Shown: positions 17,687-27,883 of the stretch, one piece after another
Layout: every line of letters starts with the position of its first letter
How positions within the stretch are numbered: the first letter of the stretch is position 1
Assembly: GCA_964618725.1 (NCBI GenBank)
Contig: CAZUBK010000002.1
Span: 131,992 to 195,991, forward strand
DNA length: 64,000 bases
Source: an uncultured Pseudomonadales bacterium
Lineage (GTDB): Bacteria > Patescibacteriota > Microgenomatia > UBA1400 > Chazhemtobacteraceae
Direction: 5' to 3'
Program-made: the position numbers and the translations under genes
Notes under the pieces: model-generated
Seen by the model: the letters and a program-made list of their open reading frames with translations, nothing else
Database searches by the model: none
What the model was told of the DNA's origin: nothing

Positions 17687-18934
17687 TTATTCTTCCGTCT
17701 TCACAGTCTCTACGACCGGGGCTTTAGGTCGGGCACTTTGATAGGCCTCGAGTTTGGTCTTGATCTCCTTTAGAGATTTAGGACCAATGCCTTTGATTTC
17801 GGAAAGACGGTCAATGTTATCACCCAGGAGTTGATCGAGCATGAGAATCCCAGCGTCAACGAGTTTGTTTCTGACTTTGGGATCAAGATCGAGAAGATCG
17901 ATTTCGTGTTCTTCGTTGCCAGTCACAATAACAGTGGCCTTGTTACCACCTTCGATTTTGACCTTGTAACCAGTTAAGCGAGCGGCAAGTTTAACATTCT
18001 GGCCACCGCGACCGATGGCAAGAGAGAGTTGATCCTCGGGGACAGTAATGGTGGCAAGTTTGTTTTTCTCATCAAGTGCGACACTGAGGTTCTCGGCCGG
18101 AGCGAGAGAGGCAGCGAGATATTTAACAGGGTCTTCGGAGTATTGGATGATATCGACGCGTTCACCGTTTAATTCGTTGATGACGGCCTGAACACGGACA
18201 CCTTTTTGACCAACACAGGAACCAACGGGGTCAACACCGTCTTGGGTACTTTGGACGGCAATCTTGGTTCTGACGCCTGCTTCTCTGGCAATACCTTTGA
18301 CGATGACGACGCCGCTACTAACCTCGGGAACTTCGCGAGCAAAAAGCTCCGAAACCAGACGGGGATCGGCGCGAGAAACAATGATGCTTTCACCCTTAAA
18401 AGTTTCACGGATGTCGGCGATGAGAACGGCAATACGAGTGGTAGGTTTGTAAAATTCACCACGAACTTGTTCTTCGGGAGGCATGAAGCCTTGGCCACGG
18501 CCGATGTCGATGATGACGTTTTTGCCGTCGAGGCGAAGAACCATGCCAGTAAGAAGTTGGCCTATGCGTCCACGATATTCGTCCAGGATACCGACTTTCT
18601 CGGCTTCGCGGACGGATTGCATAACAACTTGTTTGGCAGTCATGGCGGCAATACGACCAAAACCGGGAGGGGTGACGTCTTTTTGATCCTTGGGTTTAGC
18701 CCCTTCGGGACCGGTGACGATTTTGAATTCACCAGTGTCTTGATCGACGCCAGCTTCGATGAGAAGACCCTCTTCTTCGGCTTGAAGATACTCGTCGGGA
18801 TAATCTTTTCGGTAGGCGGCAACAAGAGCGGTCTTGATCGAGTCAAGAATAGTTTGGGCACTGATGCCGCGTTCGTTAGCTATTTGATTTAAAGCGGCCG
18901 CAAATTCGGTTCGGGCCATGATTGTATCGGACAT
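17687..18934 (-). CDS. nusA: transcription termination/antitermination factor NusA
   Basis: N-terminal domain, S1, two KH domains, and a C-terminal HhH region. 415 aa. Confidence 0.9.
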   Translation of the reverse strand: MSDTIMARTEFAAALNQIANERGISAQTILDSIKTALVAAYRKDYPDEYLQAEEEGLLIEAGVDQDTGEFKIVTGPEGAKPKDQKDVTPPGFGRIAAMTAKQVVMQSVREAEKVGILDEYRGRIGQLLTGMVLRLDGKNVIIDIGRGQGFMPPEEQVRGEFYKPTTRIAVLIADIRETFKGESIIVSRADPRLVSELFAREVPEVSSGVVIVKGIAREAGVRTKIAVQSTQDGVDPVGSCVGQKGVRVQAVINELNGERVDIIQYSEDPVKYLAASLAPAENLSVALDEKNKLATITVPEDQLSLAIGRGGQNVKLAARLTGYKVKIEGGNKATVIVTGNEEHEIDLLDLDPKVRNKLVDAGILMLDQLLGDNIDRLSEIKGIGPKSLKEIKTKLEAYQSARPKAPVVETVKTEE

Positions 18935-18983
18935 AGGTTCTTTAAGAGTTAATTAATTTGATATTGATGTTAGTTAACAAAAG

Positions 18984-19012
18984 TGGCGGCACAATACTTG
19001 CCACCACCTTGA
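18984..19012 (-). terminator. intrinsic terminator between dnaJ and nusA
   Basis: 8-bp stem (GUGGUGGC/GCCGCCAC with one GU pair on the minus transcript), followed by TTTTGTT. Confidence 0.4.
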
Positions 19013-19043
19013 GAAGTCTTAATCTGACATGCATTTTAGCAAC

Positions 19044-19901
19044 TTAGAGGGTTCTTTGCAACTCTTTGAGAAGGTCTTTTTGTTTTTTGGTTAGTTTTTG
19101 GGGGACAAGAATATGAAGACGGATGTAGTAATCACCGTGACGATTAGTCTGAAGATACTTAATACCCTTACCGGAGAGGCGGATCATAGTATTGCCTTCG
19201 GTCCCCGGGCGGATCTTGATCTTGAGTTCTTTTTTTTCGCCTAGTAAGGGGACTGAAATGTCGCCGCCTAAGGCTGCAATGGTGAAAGGAAGGTCAAAGT
19301 CGAGAAAAATATCATAGCCTTCGCGCTTGAACTGGCGATGGGGGCGGACGTCAAAGCTAACATCAAAGTCGGGATAGCGCATACGGGTGCCATCGTCGGC
19401 ACCAGGCGGGACTTTAAGCGTATGTTGTTTACCTTGATGGACTATGGTCTTGGTAACGCCTAAAGCTGCTTCTTCAAAAGTAATAGTAAGAGAGTAGTGG
19501 GGCTTTTGGGGCTCACGGCGGAAGGAAGAGGAGCCACCAAAGAAGCTTTCAAAGATATTGAAGGGGTCAGAGAAGCCACCAAAGAAGTCAGCAAAATCAC
19601 CGGGGGAACCGGAAGTATAATAGGTGTAGTTGCCCGGGCCACCAGTGCCACGACTGAAGGGGCCGCCAGCGGAGGGATCAAAGGCGGTGTGACCAAACTG
19701 GTCATAGGTGAAGCGCTTGTCTTTGTTACTTAAGATTTCGTAGGCTTCGTTGACTTCTTTGAACTTAGTCTCGGCGTCAGCGGCTTTGTTGCGATCGGGG
19801 TGAAACTCAAGAGCCTTTTTGCGGTAGGCTTTTTTAATCTCATCTAGGGAAGCCTTTTTGGAGAGGCCAAGAATGTCGTAATAGTCTCTTTTACTTGTCA
19901 T
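19044..19901 (-). CDS. dnaJ: DnaJ/CbpA-type J-domain co-chaperone (no Zn-finger domain)
   Basis: J domain with HPD (DYYDILGL...HPDRN), a G/F region and C-terminal substrate-binding domains. No CxxCxGxG repeats. Confidence 0.8.
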   Translation of the reverse strand: MTSKRDYYDILGLSKKASLDEIKKAYRKKALEFHPDRNKAADAETKFKEVNEAYEILSNKDKRFTYDQFGHTAFDPSAGGPFSRGTGGPGNYTYYTSGSPGDFADFFGGFSDPFNIFESFFGGSSSFRREPQKPHYSLTITFEEAALGVTKTIVHQGKQHTLKVPPGADDGTRMRYPDFDVSFDVRPHRQFKREGYDIFLDFDLPFTIAALGGDISVPLLGEKKELKIKIRPGTEGNTMIRLSGKGIKYLQTNRHGDYYIRLHILVPQKLTKKQKDLLKELQRTL

Positions 19902-19914
19902 ACAAGAGGAAATT

Positions 19915-19941
19915 TTAGCAGGAATGAGGATAGAGTGCTAG
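19915..19941. promoter_or_regulatory. degenerate CIRCE-like inverted repeat upstream of dnaJ
   Basis: TTAGCAGGA-N9-GAGTGCTAG, 14 nt upstream of the dnaJ start. The right half matches 8/9 and the left half 6/9 to the CIRCE consensus. Confidence 0.35.
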
Positions 19942-19994
19942 ATAGATACGGAAACACCCCCTCGATGAGGGGGTGTTTGGGGATGTTCGGCTGG

Positions 19995-20420
19995 CTATTC
20001 GGGCTGGGCGGCCTCGGCTTCAGCTTCGCGCTGCGTCTTGGGCTCGATCACGATTTCCTGACCGAGGGTCAGATTTCGGTGAACGGAGCGACCGTCTTCG
20101 GAGCGCTTGGTGACCAGGATGGTCATCATGCCCTTGTCGGCCTGGGCGTTCCATGCGTCCGTGACGCTCTGAACCGCCACATCCTCATTGACGCCGTCGA
20201 TCAGTGGCTTGAGCCACTTAACGAGCGCCGCATCGTTGATGTATGTGGGGTATCCCCCCAGATACGTAACGATGAAAGGGTCGCCGGTGTCGCGATCATA
20301 CTTGACCTTCGCGCTGGTGAGAGCGCCAACGGCGAATTTGAGATTCCCGCCCTGGACGTGGGCGATGGTCTTGCGCTGCCCATTGTTGCCCTTATTGCCA
20401 TTGCCATTGGTGTTAGCCAT
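19995..20420 (-). CDS. hypothetical protein, GC-rich orphan with own promoter
   Basis: About 60% GC with G/C-ending codons. ATG has SD AAGGAGA 7 nt upstream. TTGACT-17-TATAGT promoter at 20481-20509. Terminator hairpin at 19958-19982. Confidence 0.5.
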   Translation of the reverse strand: MANTNGNGNKGNNGQRKTIAHVQGGNLKFAVGALTSAKVKYDRDTGDPFIVTYLGGYPTYINDAALVKWLKPLIDGVNEDVAVQSVTDAWNAQADKGMMTILVTKRSEDGRSVHRNLTLGQEIVIEPKTQREAEAEAAQPE

Positions 20421-20621
20421 GAAACATCTCCTTTGAAAGAACAAAAATTCTGGTGTAAACCAGGTTAGGCATAATATATCACTATAATAAATAGTTTGTC
20501 AATAGTCAATATATATGAGCTTAGAAAGTCTTGGAGTGGGTTTTGTCAAGCCTGAATCTTGATGTTATCAGCTGTTTGAGATAAACTGGGGGGGTTCTTA
20601 AAAAATCGAACCGGAGGTATT

Positions 20622-21236
20622 TTGGTGCCTGAGAACTTTGAGCTTTTAATATTCGGATTCCCGCTGATTGTGAGCCTGTTTTTCCCTCTTCAGATAGTGG
20701 TGTTTGGCCTGCTGGCTTATATGTATGTGGGTAGGCGAGTCACCGGTCTTACAAAATGGTTTTATGTAAGCCTGACCGTATTTATTCTTAATCTAATGCT
20801 GTTTTTCCATGAACTAGGTCACGCAGTGACTGCTTTGGTTCTAGGGCTTAGTGTGAGTGGGGGAGGACTAACTACCTTCGGGGCATATGTAACTATCAAA
20901 GTACCTACTCTGATGGAGTTATCTGCTCTGACTATCATTGCCATTTATGGGTCTGGATCATTGGCTCAATTTGTCCTAACAGCTACGTTGGCACCTATGG
21001 CTAAGTATCTTCTAGACTCACCTCTGAAACGAGTACTTAGATTTGTAATTGGTTTTAGTCTAATTAATGTTTGGCTGAACCTCTGGGCCATACCATCTGG
21101 CTCTGATGGTAGCCTGGTGGCTCAAGGGCTAGGTTGGTGGCTGTCTAGTGCCATAGCTGGAACAGCGGCTCATGTAATAGTTCTCATGGTCACAGGACTG
21201 ATCTGTTGGAAAGTATGGCGGTGGGTAGGTAAATAG
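20622..21236 (+). CDS. integral membrane HExxH metalloprotease (M50/site-2-protease-like)
   Basis: Polytopic membrane protein with HELGH inside a predicted TM helix. Confidence 0.5.
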   Translation: MVPENFELLIFGFPLIVSLFFPLQIVVFGLLAYMYVGRRVTGLTKWFYVSLTVFILNLMLFFHELGHAVTALVLGLSVSGGGLTTFGAYVTIKVPTLMELSALTIIAIYGSGSLAQFVLTATLAPMAKYLLDSPLKRVLRFVIGFSLINVWLNLWAIPSGSDGSLVAQGLGWWLSSAIAGTAAHVIVLMVTGLICWKVWRWVGK

Positions 21237-21270
21237 TAAAAACTCCCTGGGATACCCAGGGAGTTTTCTA
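21237..21270. terminator. bidirectional intrinsic terminator between convergent M50-like gene and dnaK
   Basis: aaaaactccctgg-gatac-ccagggagtttt: a 10-bp stem flanked by A-run and T-run. Confidence 0.6.
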
Positions 21271-21287
21271 GTTTTATGGCCAAGAGT

Positions 21288-23201
21288 CTATTCTTCGACG
21301 ACTTCGCCTTCCTCGGCTTTGGTGGTTTGCGTCTTATCTTCCTCTCCTGTTTTGGTCTCCTCAGATTTGGGGGATTCACCTTGTTCTGGGGTGGGAGTGG
21401 CAGCCTTGTAGAGGGCCTCAGCATGCCCCTGAATGATCTCGGAAGCCTTTTTGTAGACTTCATCGAGGGAGTCAAGGGTAGCCGAGTCTTTGTTTTTCTC
21501 TTCTTCTAGATCTTTGAGAGCTTTCTCGATCTCTTCTTTAGCCGTTTTATCGAATTTGTCGCCAGCGTCTTCGAGAGTCTTCTTAGTACTGAAGATGAGG
21601 GTCTCTATGTCGTTACGCTTGTCGACAAACTCTTTCTTTTTCTTGTCTTCTTCGGCATGCTTTTCGGCTTCTTGACGCATCTTTTCTACTTCTTCTTCAG
21701 AGAGATTGGTGGCGTTTTTGATAGTGATCTTTTGTTCCTTAGCAGTCCCCTTGTCGGTGGCTTTAACATTAAGGATACCGTTGGCGTCGATGTCGAAGGC
21801 AACCTCAATTTGAGGGATACCTCGCTGAGCTGGGGGAATGCCATCGAGGACAAAACGACCGAGGGTCTTGTTGTCATTGGCCATGGGGCGCTCGCCTTGG
21901 AGGATATGGATCTCCACTTGGGGTTGGTTGTCAGAGGCGGTGCTGAAGACCTGAGATTTGGTGGTCGGGATGGTGGTATTTCTCTCAATTAAAGGAGTCC
22001 TGACTCCACCCAAGGTCTCGAGTCCCAGGGTGAGGGGTGTGACATCGAGAAGGAGGACGTCTTTGACTTCTCCACCGATGATGCCACCCTGAATAGCGGC
22101 GCCTAAAGCGACTGCTTCATCGGGATTGACCGATTTATTGGGTTGCTTGCCAAAGAAGTCGGCAACGGCTTGCTGGACTTTGGGCATACGAGTCATACCA
22201 CCAACGAGAATGACTTCTTTGATATCGGCTTTGCTTAGCTTGGCGTCATCAAGAGCTTTTTGACACGGGGTGATGGTTCTTTGGATGAGATCACTCACTA
22301 GCTCTTCGAGTTTGGCCCGAGTTAGCTTCATGGTGAGGTGTAGAGGCTGGTTGTTGGCGCCTTGGGTGATGAAGGGTTGGTTGATCTCGGTTTCGGTGGC
22401 TGCCGAGAGTTCAATCTTGGCTTTCTCGGCAGAGTCTTTGATGCGCTGGAGAGCTTGTTTGTCCTGACTTAAGTCAACGCCATTTTCTTTTTTGAACTCA
22501 GCGACGACATAGTCGATGATTCGATGGTCAAAGTCATCACCACCAAGGAAGGTGTCACCATTGGTACTTTTTACCTCGAAGACACCGTCCCCCAACTCAA
22601 GAATACTGACATCAAAAGTGCCACCTCCCAGATCATAGACGGCGATAATCTCGTTTTTTCCTTTGTCGAGGCCGTAAGCGAGAGCAGCGGCGGTTGGTTC
22701 GTTGACGATGCGCTTAACATCAAGACCGGCGATCTCTCCGGCTTGCTTGGTGGCTTGGCGTTGGGAGTCGTCAAAATAGGCAGGGACTGTAATGACAGCT
22801 TCTTTTACTTCGGTTCCCAAGTATGCCTCGGCATCGGCCTTGGCTTTTTGGAGGATTTTGGCGGAGATTTCTTGGGGGGTGTAGGTTTTGTCAGCTACTT
22901 TGACGGCGGCCATGCCTTTGTCATCTTTGACTACTTCATAGGGAGTCATCTCGAGGGTTTTTTTTGTTTGAGGGCTGTCAAACTTTTGACCCATGAGACG
23001 TTTGACGGAATAGATGGTTTCTTTAGGGGAGAGGACCATCTGACGCTTGGCGGGGTCGCCGACGAGATTTTTAACCGGGTTAACGATGGAGGGGTAGATG
23101 TTACGCCCTTCAGCGGTGGGGATGATTTTGGCAGTGCCACCTTCCATGACGGCAACGGCAGAGTTGGTGGTTCCGAGATCGATTCCGATTATTTTTGACA
23201 T
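21288..23201 (-). CDS. dnaK: molecular chaperone DnaK (Hsp70)
   Basis: [22 protein letters not shown], and a full-length substrate-binding domain. 637 aa. Confidence 0.95.
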   Translation of the reverse strand: MSKIIGIDLGTTNSAVAVMEGGTAKIIPTAEGRNIYPSIVNPVKNLVGDPAKRQMVLSPKETIYSVKRLMGQKFDSPQTKKTLEMTPYEVVKDDKGMAAVKVADKTYTPQEISAKILQKAKADAEAYLGTEVKEAVITVPAYFDDSQRQATKQAGEIAGLDVKRIVNEPTAAALAYGLDKGKNEIIAVYDLGGGTFDVSILELGDGVFEVKSTNGDTFLGGDDFDHRIIDYVVAEFKKENGVDLSQDKQALQRIKDSAEKAKIELSAATETEINQPFITQGANNQPLHLTMKLTRAKLEELVSDLIQRTITPCQKALDDAKLSKADIKEVILVGGMTRMPKVQQAVADFFGKQPNKSVNPDEAVALGAAIQGGIIGGEVKDVLLLDVTPLTLGLETLGGVRTPLIERNTTIPTTKSQVFSTASDNQPQVEIHILQGERPMANDNKTLGRFVLDGIPPAQRGIPQIEVAFDIDANGILNVKATDKGTAKEQKITIKNATNLSEEEVEKMRQEAEKHAEEDKKKKEFVDKRNDIETLIFSTKKTLEDAGDKFDKTAKEEIEKALKDLEEEKNKDSATLDSLDEVYKKASEIIQGHAEALYKAATPTPEQGESPKSEETKTGEEDKTQTTKAEEGEVVEE

Positions 23202-23219
23202 GGGTTTTGGTAGTAAATA

Positions 23220-23693
23220 TTAATTTGTTGATACTCTTTCAGTTCCACCGACTTCGACGCGGGCGGGGCGAAGGACTTTGTCGTGATAGAGATAACCATC
23301 GGTAAGGACATTGGTGACTTGGTCCTTTAGTCCCTCGACTACCTGAACACAGTCCATGGTGTCGGGATTGAAGGGCTGACTAAGGGCATCGATGGGAGTG
23401 ACTCCTTCAGAAGAAAGGGTTTTGAGGAAGTTATCTAAGACAAGCTTAAGACCACTATCTTTGAGATGACTCTGGGCACGCTTGAGGTCATCTATAATGG
23501 GGAGGAGTTTGTCCAGGAGGACTTCATTGGCATATTTGACATACTCAAGTCTTTGCTTTTCATGCCTTTTTTCTAGATTTTGATAGTCGGCGACGACGCG
23601 CTTGAATTGATTCTCGATATTATTGAGTCGATCCTCTTGGAACTTGAGTTTGTTCTTGATATTGGCGGGAGCCATCTTGTCGGTTTTGGTCAT
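23220..23693 (-). CDS. grpE: nucleotide exchange factor GrpE
   Basis: GrpE coiled coil plus C-terminal beta domain (GYLYHDKVLRPARVEV). Confidence 0.85.
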   Translation of the reverse strand: MTKTDKMAPANIKNKLKFQEDRLNNIENQFKRVVADYQNLEKRHEKQRLEYVKYANEVLLDKLLPIIDDLKRAQSHLKDSGLKLVLDNFLKTLSSEGVTPIDALSQPFNPDTMDCVQVVEGLKDQVTNVLTDGYLYHDKVLRPARVEVGGTERVSTN

Positions 23694-23695
23694 TG

Positions 23696-24418
23696 TTAAG
23701 AGGTTTGGGCGAGTTGATTGATAAGAGTAGCGACATAGCGGACCATGGGGATAATATGATCATACTGTTGACGATTGGGGCCGATGATGCCAAGAGATCC
23801 ACGTTGGCCGCCGATCTGGATATCGGCAAAGAGACAGCTAACGGGTTGGAGACGGGCGTAACCTAGTTCATCGCCAACGAGGAGATGGATGGGTTCATCA
23901 CCTAAAGCCCGATGAAAAAGGTCGGTGACACGTTGATGTTCATCAAGAAGAATTAAGATCTCGCGGAAGAGATCGATATTGTAGAACTCGGAAGTATTGA
24001 GAAGGTTACTATAGCCGGCGTGATAGACGTCGCCGTTGTCGATACTGGCGAGGGAGAGAGACTTGGTACGTTCGGAGAGAACTTTGGTGGCTTCACGGAG
24101 AAGATCCCGACTGTCAAAACGATGGTCCCAAACGCGTTGCTTGATAGCAACTTCTTCGGCAACGGAGAGGTCGCGTTCTTTGAGGAGTTCGTTGACATAG
24201 AATTTAATGGCAGTAGAGGTAGGAATACGACCAGCGGAGGAATGGGACTTACTTAAGTAGCCTTTTTCTTCGAGTTCACTCATTTCGTTTCTAATGGTGG
24301 CGGGGGAGACTCCAAGGCGATATTTGCTATCAAGAGTTTGAGAGCCAACGGCTTCACCGGTATCGGTATATTCTTCGACGATGGCTTTGATGATTTGGAT
24401 TTGGCGATCGGTAAGCAT
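23696..24418 (-). CDS. hrcA: heat-inducible transcription repressor HrcA
   Basis: N-terminal winged helix (LTDRQIQIIKAIVEEY...GEAVGSQTL). First gene of the hrcA-grpE-dnaK operon. Confidence 0.85.
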   Translation of the reverse strand: MLTDRQIQIIKAIVEEYTDTGEAVGSQTLDSKYRLGVSPATIRNEMSELEEKGYLSKSHSSAGRIPTSTAIKFYVNELLKERDLSVAEEVAIKQRVWDHRFDSRDLLREATKVLSERTKSLSLASIDNGDVYHAGYSNLLNTSEFYNIDLFREILILLDEHQRVTDLFHRALGDEPIHLLVGDELGYARLQPVSCLFADIQIGGQRGSLGIIGPNRQQYDHIIPMVRYVATLINQLAQTS

Positions 24419-24435
24419 AGGAGTACGTTAGCTCA

Positions 24436-24462
24436 TTAGCAGTCGAGTGTCAAGAGTGATAA
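24436..24462. promoter_or_regulatory. CIRCE operator (HrcA binding site)
   Basis: TTAGCAGTC-N9-GAGTGATAA against consensus TTAGCACTC-N9-GAGTGCTAA (16/18). It lies 18-44 nt upstream of the hrcA start. Confidence 0.7.
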
Positions 24463-24609
24463 CATTGCTGTTTCGTTCAGGGTAACTTCGTTACTTTCCT
24501 GACTCAACTGCGCTTCCTGTTATAACTGGCGCTATAGTGATCCAGGTGTTCACTATAGCTGGTTATAAACCAGCCCTAAAGGATCTTGATTTTTTGTTAT
24601 GCTCAAGAT

Positions 24610-26001
24610 ATGTTGCTGAGAAAAGAGATAAAGAAATTGATCCCCTTGTTGGTCATTATTTTGGCTTTGCCGATTATTTTGATTGCGGTTCCCGAGGCGG
24701 TGCGATACTTGGGTAGGGCAGGAGGAGTGCCGGCCAATATTGTGGTGGATGTGAGTGCGGTACTTGGACCCTTGCCTCACCCTTGGAGAAACTTGGCTCA
24801 GGGTGGGGAAGAGTTGAGTAGCCCGATGATTGATGATGTGACAAATGAGATCAAACAACTGAAAACGGAGTATGTGCGACTGGATCATTTGTATGATGGA
24901 TACGAGATTGTGAGTCGAGGGGGGGATGGGAGACTGACTTACAGCTGGACAAAGTTGGATGCCGTGGTGGGGGATATCTTAAAGTCGGGAGCCAAACCAT
25001 TCTTGGCACTGTCGTACATGCCCTTGGCAATATCACGCGGCGACATAGTTGATTTACCCCGTGAGTGGGGGGAATGGGAGCAATTAGTAAAAGAAACGGT
25101 GCAGCACTACAGTGGTCGAGCGGGAATGAATATTGCGGATGTGTATTACGAAGTGTGGAATGAACCGGATTTGTTCGGCGGGTTTAAGACATATACCGAC
25201 AAGAATTACTTAACCTTGTATTTACACACAGCGCAGGCGGTAGCGCGAGCTACAAATGTAAATCCGTTTAAGTTGGGTGGTCCGGCGACGACGGCATTGT
25301 ACAAAAACTGGGTAGATAGCTTCCTTAAGTTTGCGGTGAGTAATAATTTGAAACTCGATTTCTATTCCTGGCATCGATATGACACCAATTTGGAGCAATT
25401 TGAGGATGACTGGAACCAGATATATAAATGGTTGGACGATCACCCAGAGAAGGCTGACTTAGAGCTTATGATCACCGAGTGGGGACATAACAGTAATAAC
25501 GACAAGGGCTATGACGGATCTTTTGGAGCAATACATACTTTGGCGGCATCAAGGGTAATGATGGGCCGGATTAGTCGAGGGTTTGTATTTGAGATCAAGG
25601 ATGGACCGGGTACGGAACAATATTGGGGACGATGGGGGCTATTGACCCATGAGAAATGGGGGGCACCTGTTAAGAAACCTCGATTTAGGGCGCTCGAGTT
25701 ACTTAATACCTTGGGAGAGAATCGAGTATCTTTGGCAGGGGAAGGCAGTTGGGTGAAGGGAATTGCGGCGGAAAAAAATGGCGCCATTCAAACGTTGTTA
25801 ATTAACTATGATCCAAAGGTGACACACGAAGAGGCGGTGCCGATTAGATTTGAGGGACTTCCCAGTGGTAACTTTACCTACAAAAGAACCGACTTTATGG
25901 GGGCAACCAGAACAACCCAAGTAGCAACAACCTCGGCGGAATGGGTAACGACCGAGTATATGAAGGCAAATAGTGCGGCGATGTTGGAACTAAGCTTTTG
26001 A
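24610..26001 (+). CDS. clan GH-A glycoside hydrolase (GH39/GH5-like) with N-terminal signal/anchor
   Basis: EVWNEPD (acid/base NEP motif), ITEWG (nucleophile region), N-terminal hydrophobic segment. Start placed at second Met. Confidence 0.5.
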   Translation: MLLRKEIKKLIPLLVIILALPIILIAVPEAVRYLGRAGGVPANIVVDVSAVLGPLPHPWRNLAQGGEELSSPMIDDVTNEIKQLKTEYVRLDHLYDGYEIVSRGGDGRLTYSWTKLDAVVGDILKSGAKPFLALSYMPLAISRGDIVDLPREWGEWEQLVKETVQHYSGRAGMNIADVYYEVWNEPDLFGGFKTYTDKNYLTLYLHTAQAVARATNVNPFKLGGPATTALYKNWVDSFLKFAVSNNLKLDFYSWHRYDTNLEQFEDDWNQIYKWLDDHPEKADLELMITEWGHNSNNDKGYDGSFGAIHTLAASRVMMGRISRGFVFEIKDGPGTEQYWGRWGLLTHEKWGAPVKKPRFRALELLNTLGENRVSLAGEGSWVKGIAAEKNGAIQTLLINYDPKVTHEEAVPIRFEGLPSGNFTYKRTDFMGATRTTQVATTSAEWVTTEYMKANSAAMLELSF

Positions 26002-26030
26002 GCTATTGACAGATTTGTATACTACTAAAA

Positions 26031-27242
26031 ATGAACAGAAGAGAGGCACTGAAGACAGGGCTTTGGGCGGCGTTATTTATGGCGGGATGTAGAGTGAGAG
26101 AAACAGAGAGAGGAACAGAGCAACCTATGCCAACGGCTCAACCAGAGACGAGCACTCCGAGTACGACCGCAATAGTGACAGAAACTGAGATGGCAACGCA
26201 GACGGCGACAAACGTGCCGATAACGACAGAGACGGCGACAGAGACAGTAGTCTCCTCCCTGACTGCGACAGTAACGCCAGAGATGACGGCGACACCGGAA
26301 GGGATTAGACCGACGCAAGTGAGGGGGATCTATATGCCATATGAGCGGGTTTCTAGATTAGAGGAAGTAAAGAGTACTTTGGAAGGAATGGGAGCCTTGG
26401 GGGCTAATACCCTAGTGGTAGATATCAAAAGTGAGTCAGGTAGAGTTAATGTGCCATTTGAACATGAATTAAAGAATCCCAAGAATGACTGGTTGGATGA
26501 TCCCGAAAATCTGGCTTGGCTCTTGGGGTGGGCAAAGGAGAGAGGGATTTATGTTGTGGGTAGACAAGTGGTGATGAGCGATAGTCGGCTGGTGGAGATG
26601 GATAGGCGTATTGCACTAAGAGACGGCGGGGGGGTGGTGACGAATAGCTCGGGGAATATCTGGCTTGATCCAAGTAACCCCAAAATCGCCGAATACAATG
26701 CGGCGATAGCGAAAGCGGCGGCAGGATTTGGAATAGATGAGATACAGCTGGACTATATTCGATACCCACAAGCGAGACTGGATTTGGAGCTGGAATATCG
26801 AGTGGAAAATATTGCAAGGATTTTGTCCGCGGTTAAAGAAGTACTGGCGGGCACTGGAGTCTTACTGACTGCAGATTTTTTGGAATGGTCGATAACGGCT
26901 TCTGAGACACAGTCAGATGGAGGAGTAGGACAAGATGTACAGAGATTAGCGCTATTGTTGGATGGGTTGTGCCCAATGCTATATCCAGATCTATATATGA
27001 GGGGAATCAGGGTTGATCCATATCAACACCTGTTTACTAGAACAACTTTGGCTCTCGAAAAACTAAGAAAGGGGGGCAACTTAGAGGGGTTTGTTAATCC
27101 ATGGATACAAGCCTACTGGCCACTAGAGACACCAGAAAAAATAGAAGAACAGATGTCGGGGGCGTTTGCCGCCGGAGCATTGGGAGTGCATGCCTGGAAT
27201 GCACGGGGGCACTATGAAAATGGAGCGTTGGTTGATGGGTAG
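26031..27242 (+). CDS. lipoprotein, GHL10/DUF4015-like putative glycoside hydrolase
   Basis: Lipobox-like AALFMAGC, T/E-rich linker, and a TIM-barrel-like region with IDEIQLDYIRYP typical of the DUF4015/YngK family. Confidence 0.45.
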   Translation: MNRREALKTGLWAALFMAGCRVRETERGTEQPMPTAQPETSTPSTTAIVTETEMATQTATNVPITTETATETVVSSLTATVTPEMTATPEGIRPTQVRGIYMPYERVSRLEEVKSTLEGMGALGANTLVVDIKSESGRVNVPFEHELKNPKNDWLDDPENLAWLLGWAKERGIYVVGRQVVMSDSRLVEMDRRIALRDGGGVVTNSSGNIWLDPSNPKIAEYNAAIAKAAAGFGIDEIQLDYIRYPQARLDLELEYRVENIARILSAVKEVLAGTGVLLTADFLEWSITASETQSDGGVGQDVQRLALLLDGLCPMLYPDLYMRGIRVDPYQHLFTRTTLALEKLRKGGNLEGFVNPWIQAYWPLETPEKIEEQMSGAFAAGALGVHAWNARGHYENGALVDG

Positions 27243-27883
27243 CCGAGAAGGTCGATCTTTTTACCTTGATGGGCCAGCGAACCAACTGTGGTTATGGATT
27301 GGTGACCTTGTGAGATTAAGTCGTTTAGCATCGATTGATTGTCTTTGAGCCAAGTGACACATTCGGGACGGGTGTGGAGAAGGACGACGGAGGACTGACC
27401 GGAATCAAGGGCTCTTGGGATCTCGATCTTGGGGTCAACCGGATCCTCGTTGTAGTAGTTCCAGAGGATTGTGGGAATATTAGCTTTAGCGCTTAAGTTG
27501 ATCCAGTTCCAATCCCAATATCCGTAGGGGGGACGCATTGAACGAACGCGATAATCATCTCTTCCGGTTTGATTTTGAATGAAATGCTCGAAGTCAAGGA
27601 GGTCTTGATAGAGGGCAGCGGTGGAGATCCAACCAAACTTCTGATGATCACTGGTGTGAAAACCCAGTTCGTGGCCATCGGAAAAAATTTGGGTAAGGAT
27701 GTCTGATTGAGGATCAGCAGCTAAATAGTTGGTGTTGAGGTAGAAGGTGAGATACCAGTTATTATGTACCAGGAAACCCCCTTTGAGAGGGGGTCTGTAA
27801 TAGGCAGGTGCCGGGGTGTGAGTATTAACTACTCCAAAGGCCGTCTGGAGACTCATCAAAGATGAGATTATCCCAGTAGTCAT
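27212..27883 (-). CDS. polysaccharide deacetylase (CE4/NodB) catalytic domain, motifs 2-3 only
   Basis: HTSDH (NodB motif 2) and RPPYGYWD (motif 3). No SD before its ATG. Motif 1 is found in the upstream overlapping ORF in another frame. Confidence 0.6.
   Translation of the reverse strand: MTTGIISSLMSLQTAFGVVNTHTPAPAYYRPPLKGGFLVHNNWYLTFYLNTNYLAADPQSDILTQIFSDGHELGFHTSDHQKFGWISTAALYQDLLDFEHFIQNQTGRDDYRVRSMRPPYGYWDWNWINLSAKANIPTILWNYYNEDPVDPKIEIPRALDSGQSSVVLLHTRPECVTWLKDNQSMLNDLISQGHQSITTVGSLAHQGKKIDLLGYPSTNAPFS

Noticed and set aside
18206-18892. 228-aa plus-strand ORF antisense to nusA
   Set aside because: It lies entirely within nusA on the opposite strand. There is no RBS and the composition is biased. 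I consider it spurious.
22524-23198. 224-aa plus-strand ORF antisense to dnaK
   Set aside because: Antisense to the highly conserved dnaK. Such G-rich shadow ORFs are typical in DnaK genes.
24553-24888. 111-aa minus-strand ORF spanning the hrcA/glycosidase intergenic region
   Set aside because: It overlaps the promoter/CIRCE region and the 5' end of the glycosidase gene. His/Arg/Gln-rich low-complexity translation.
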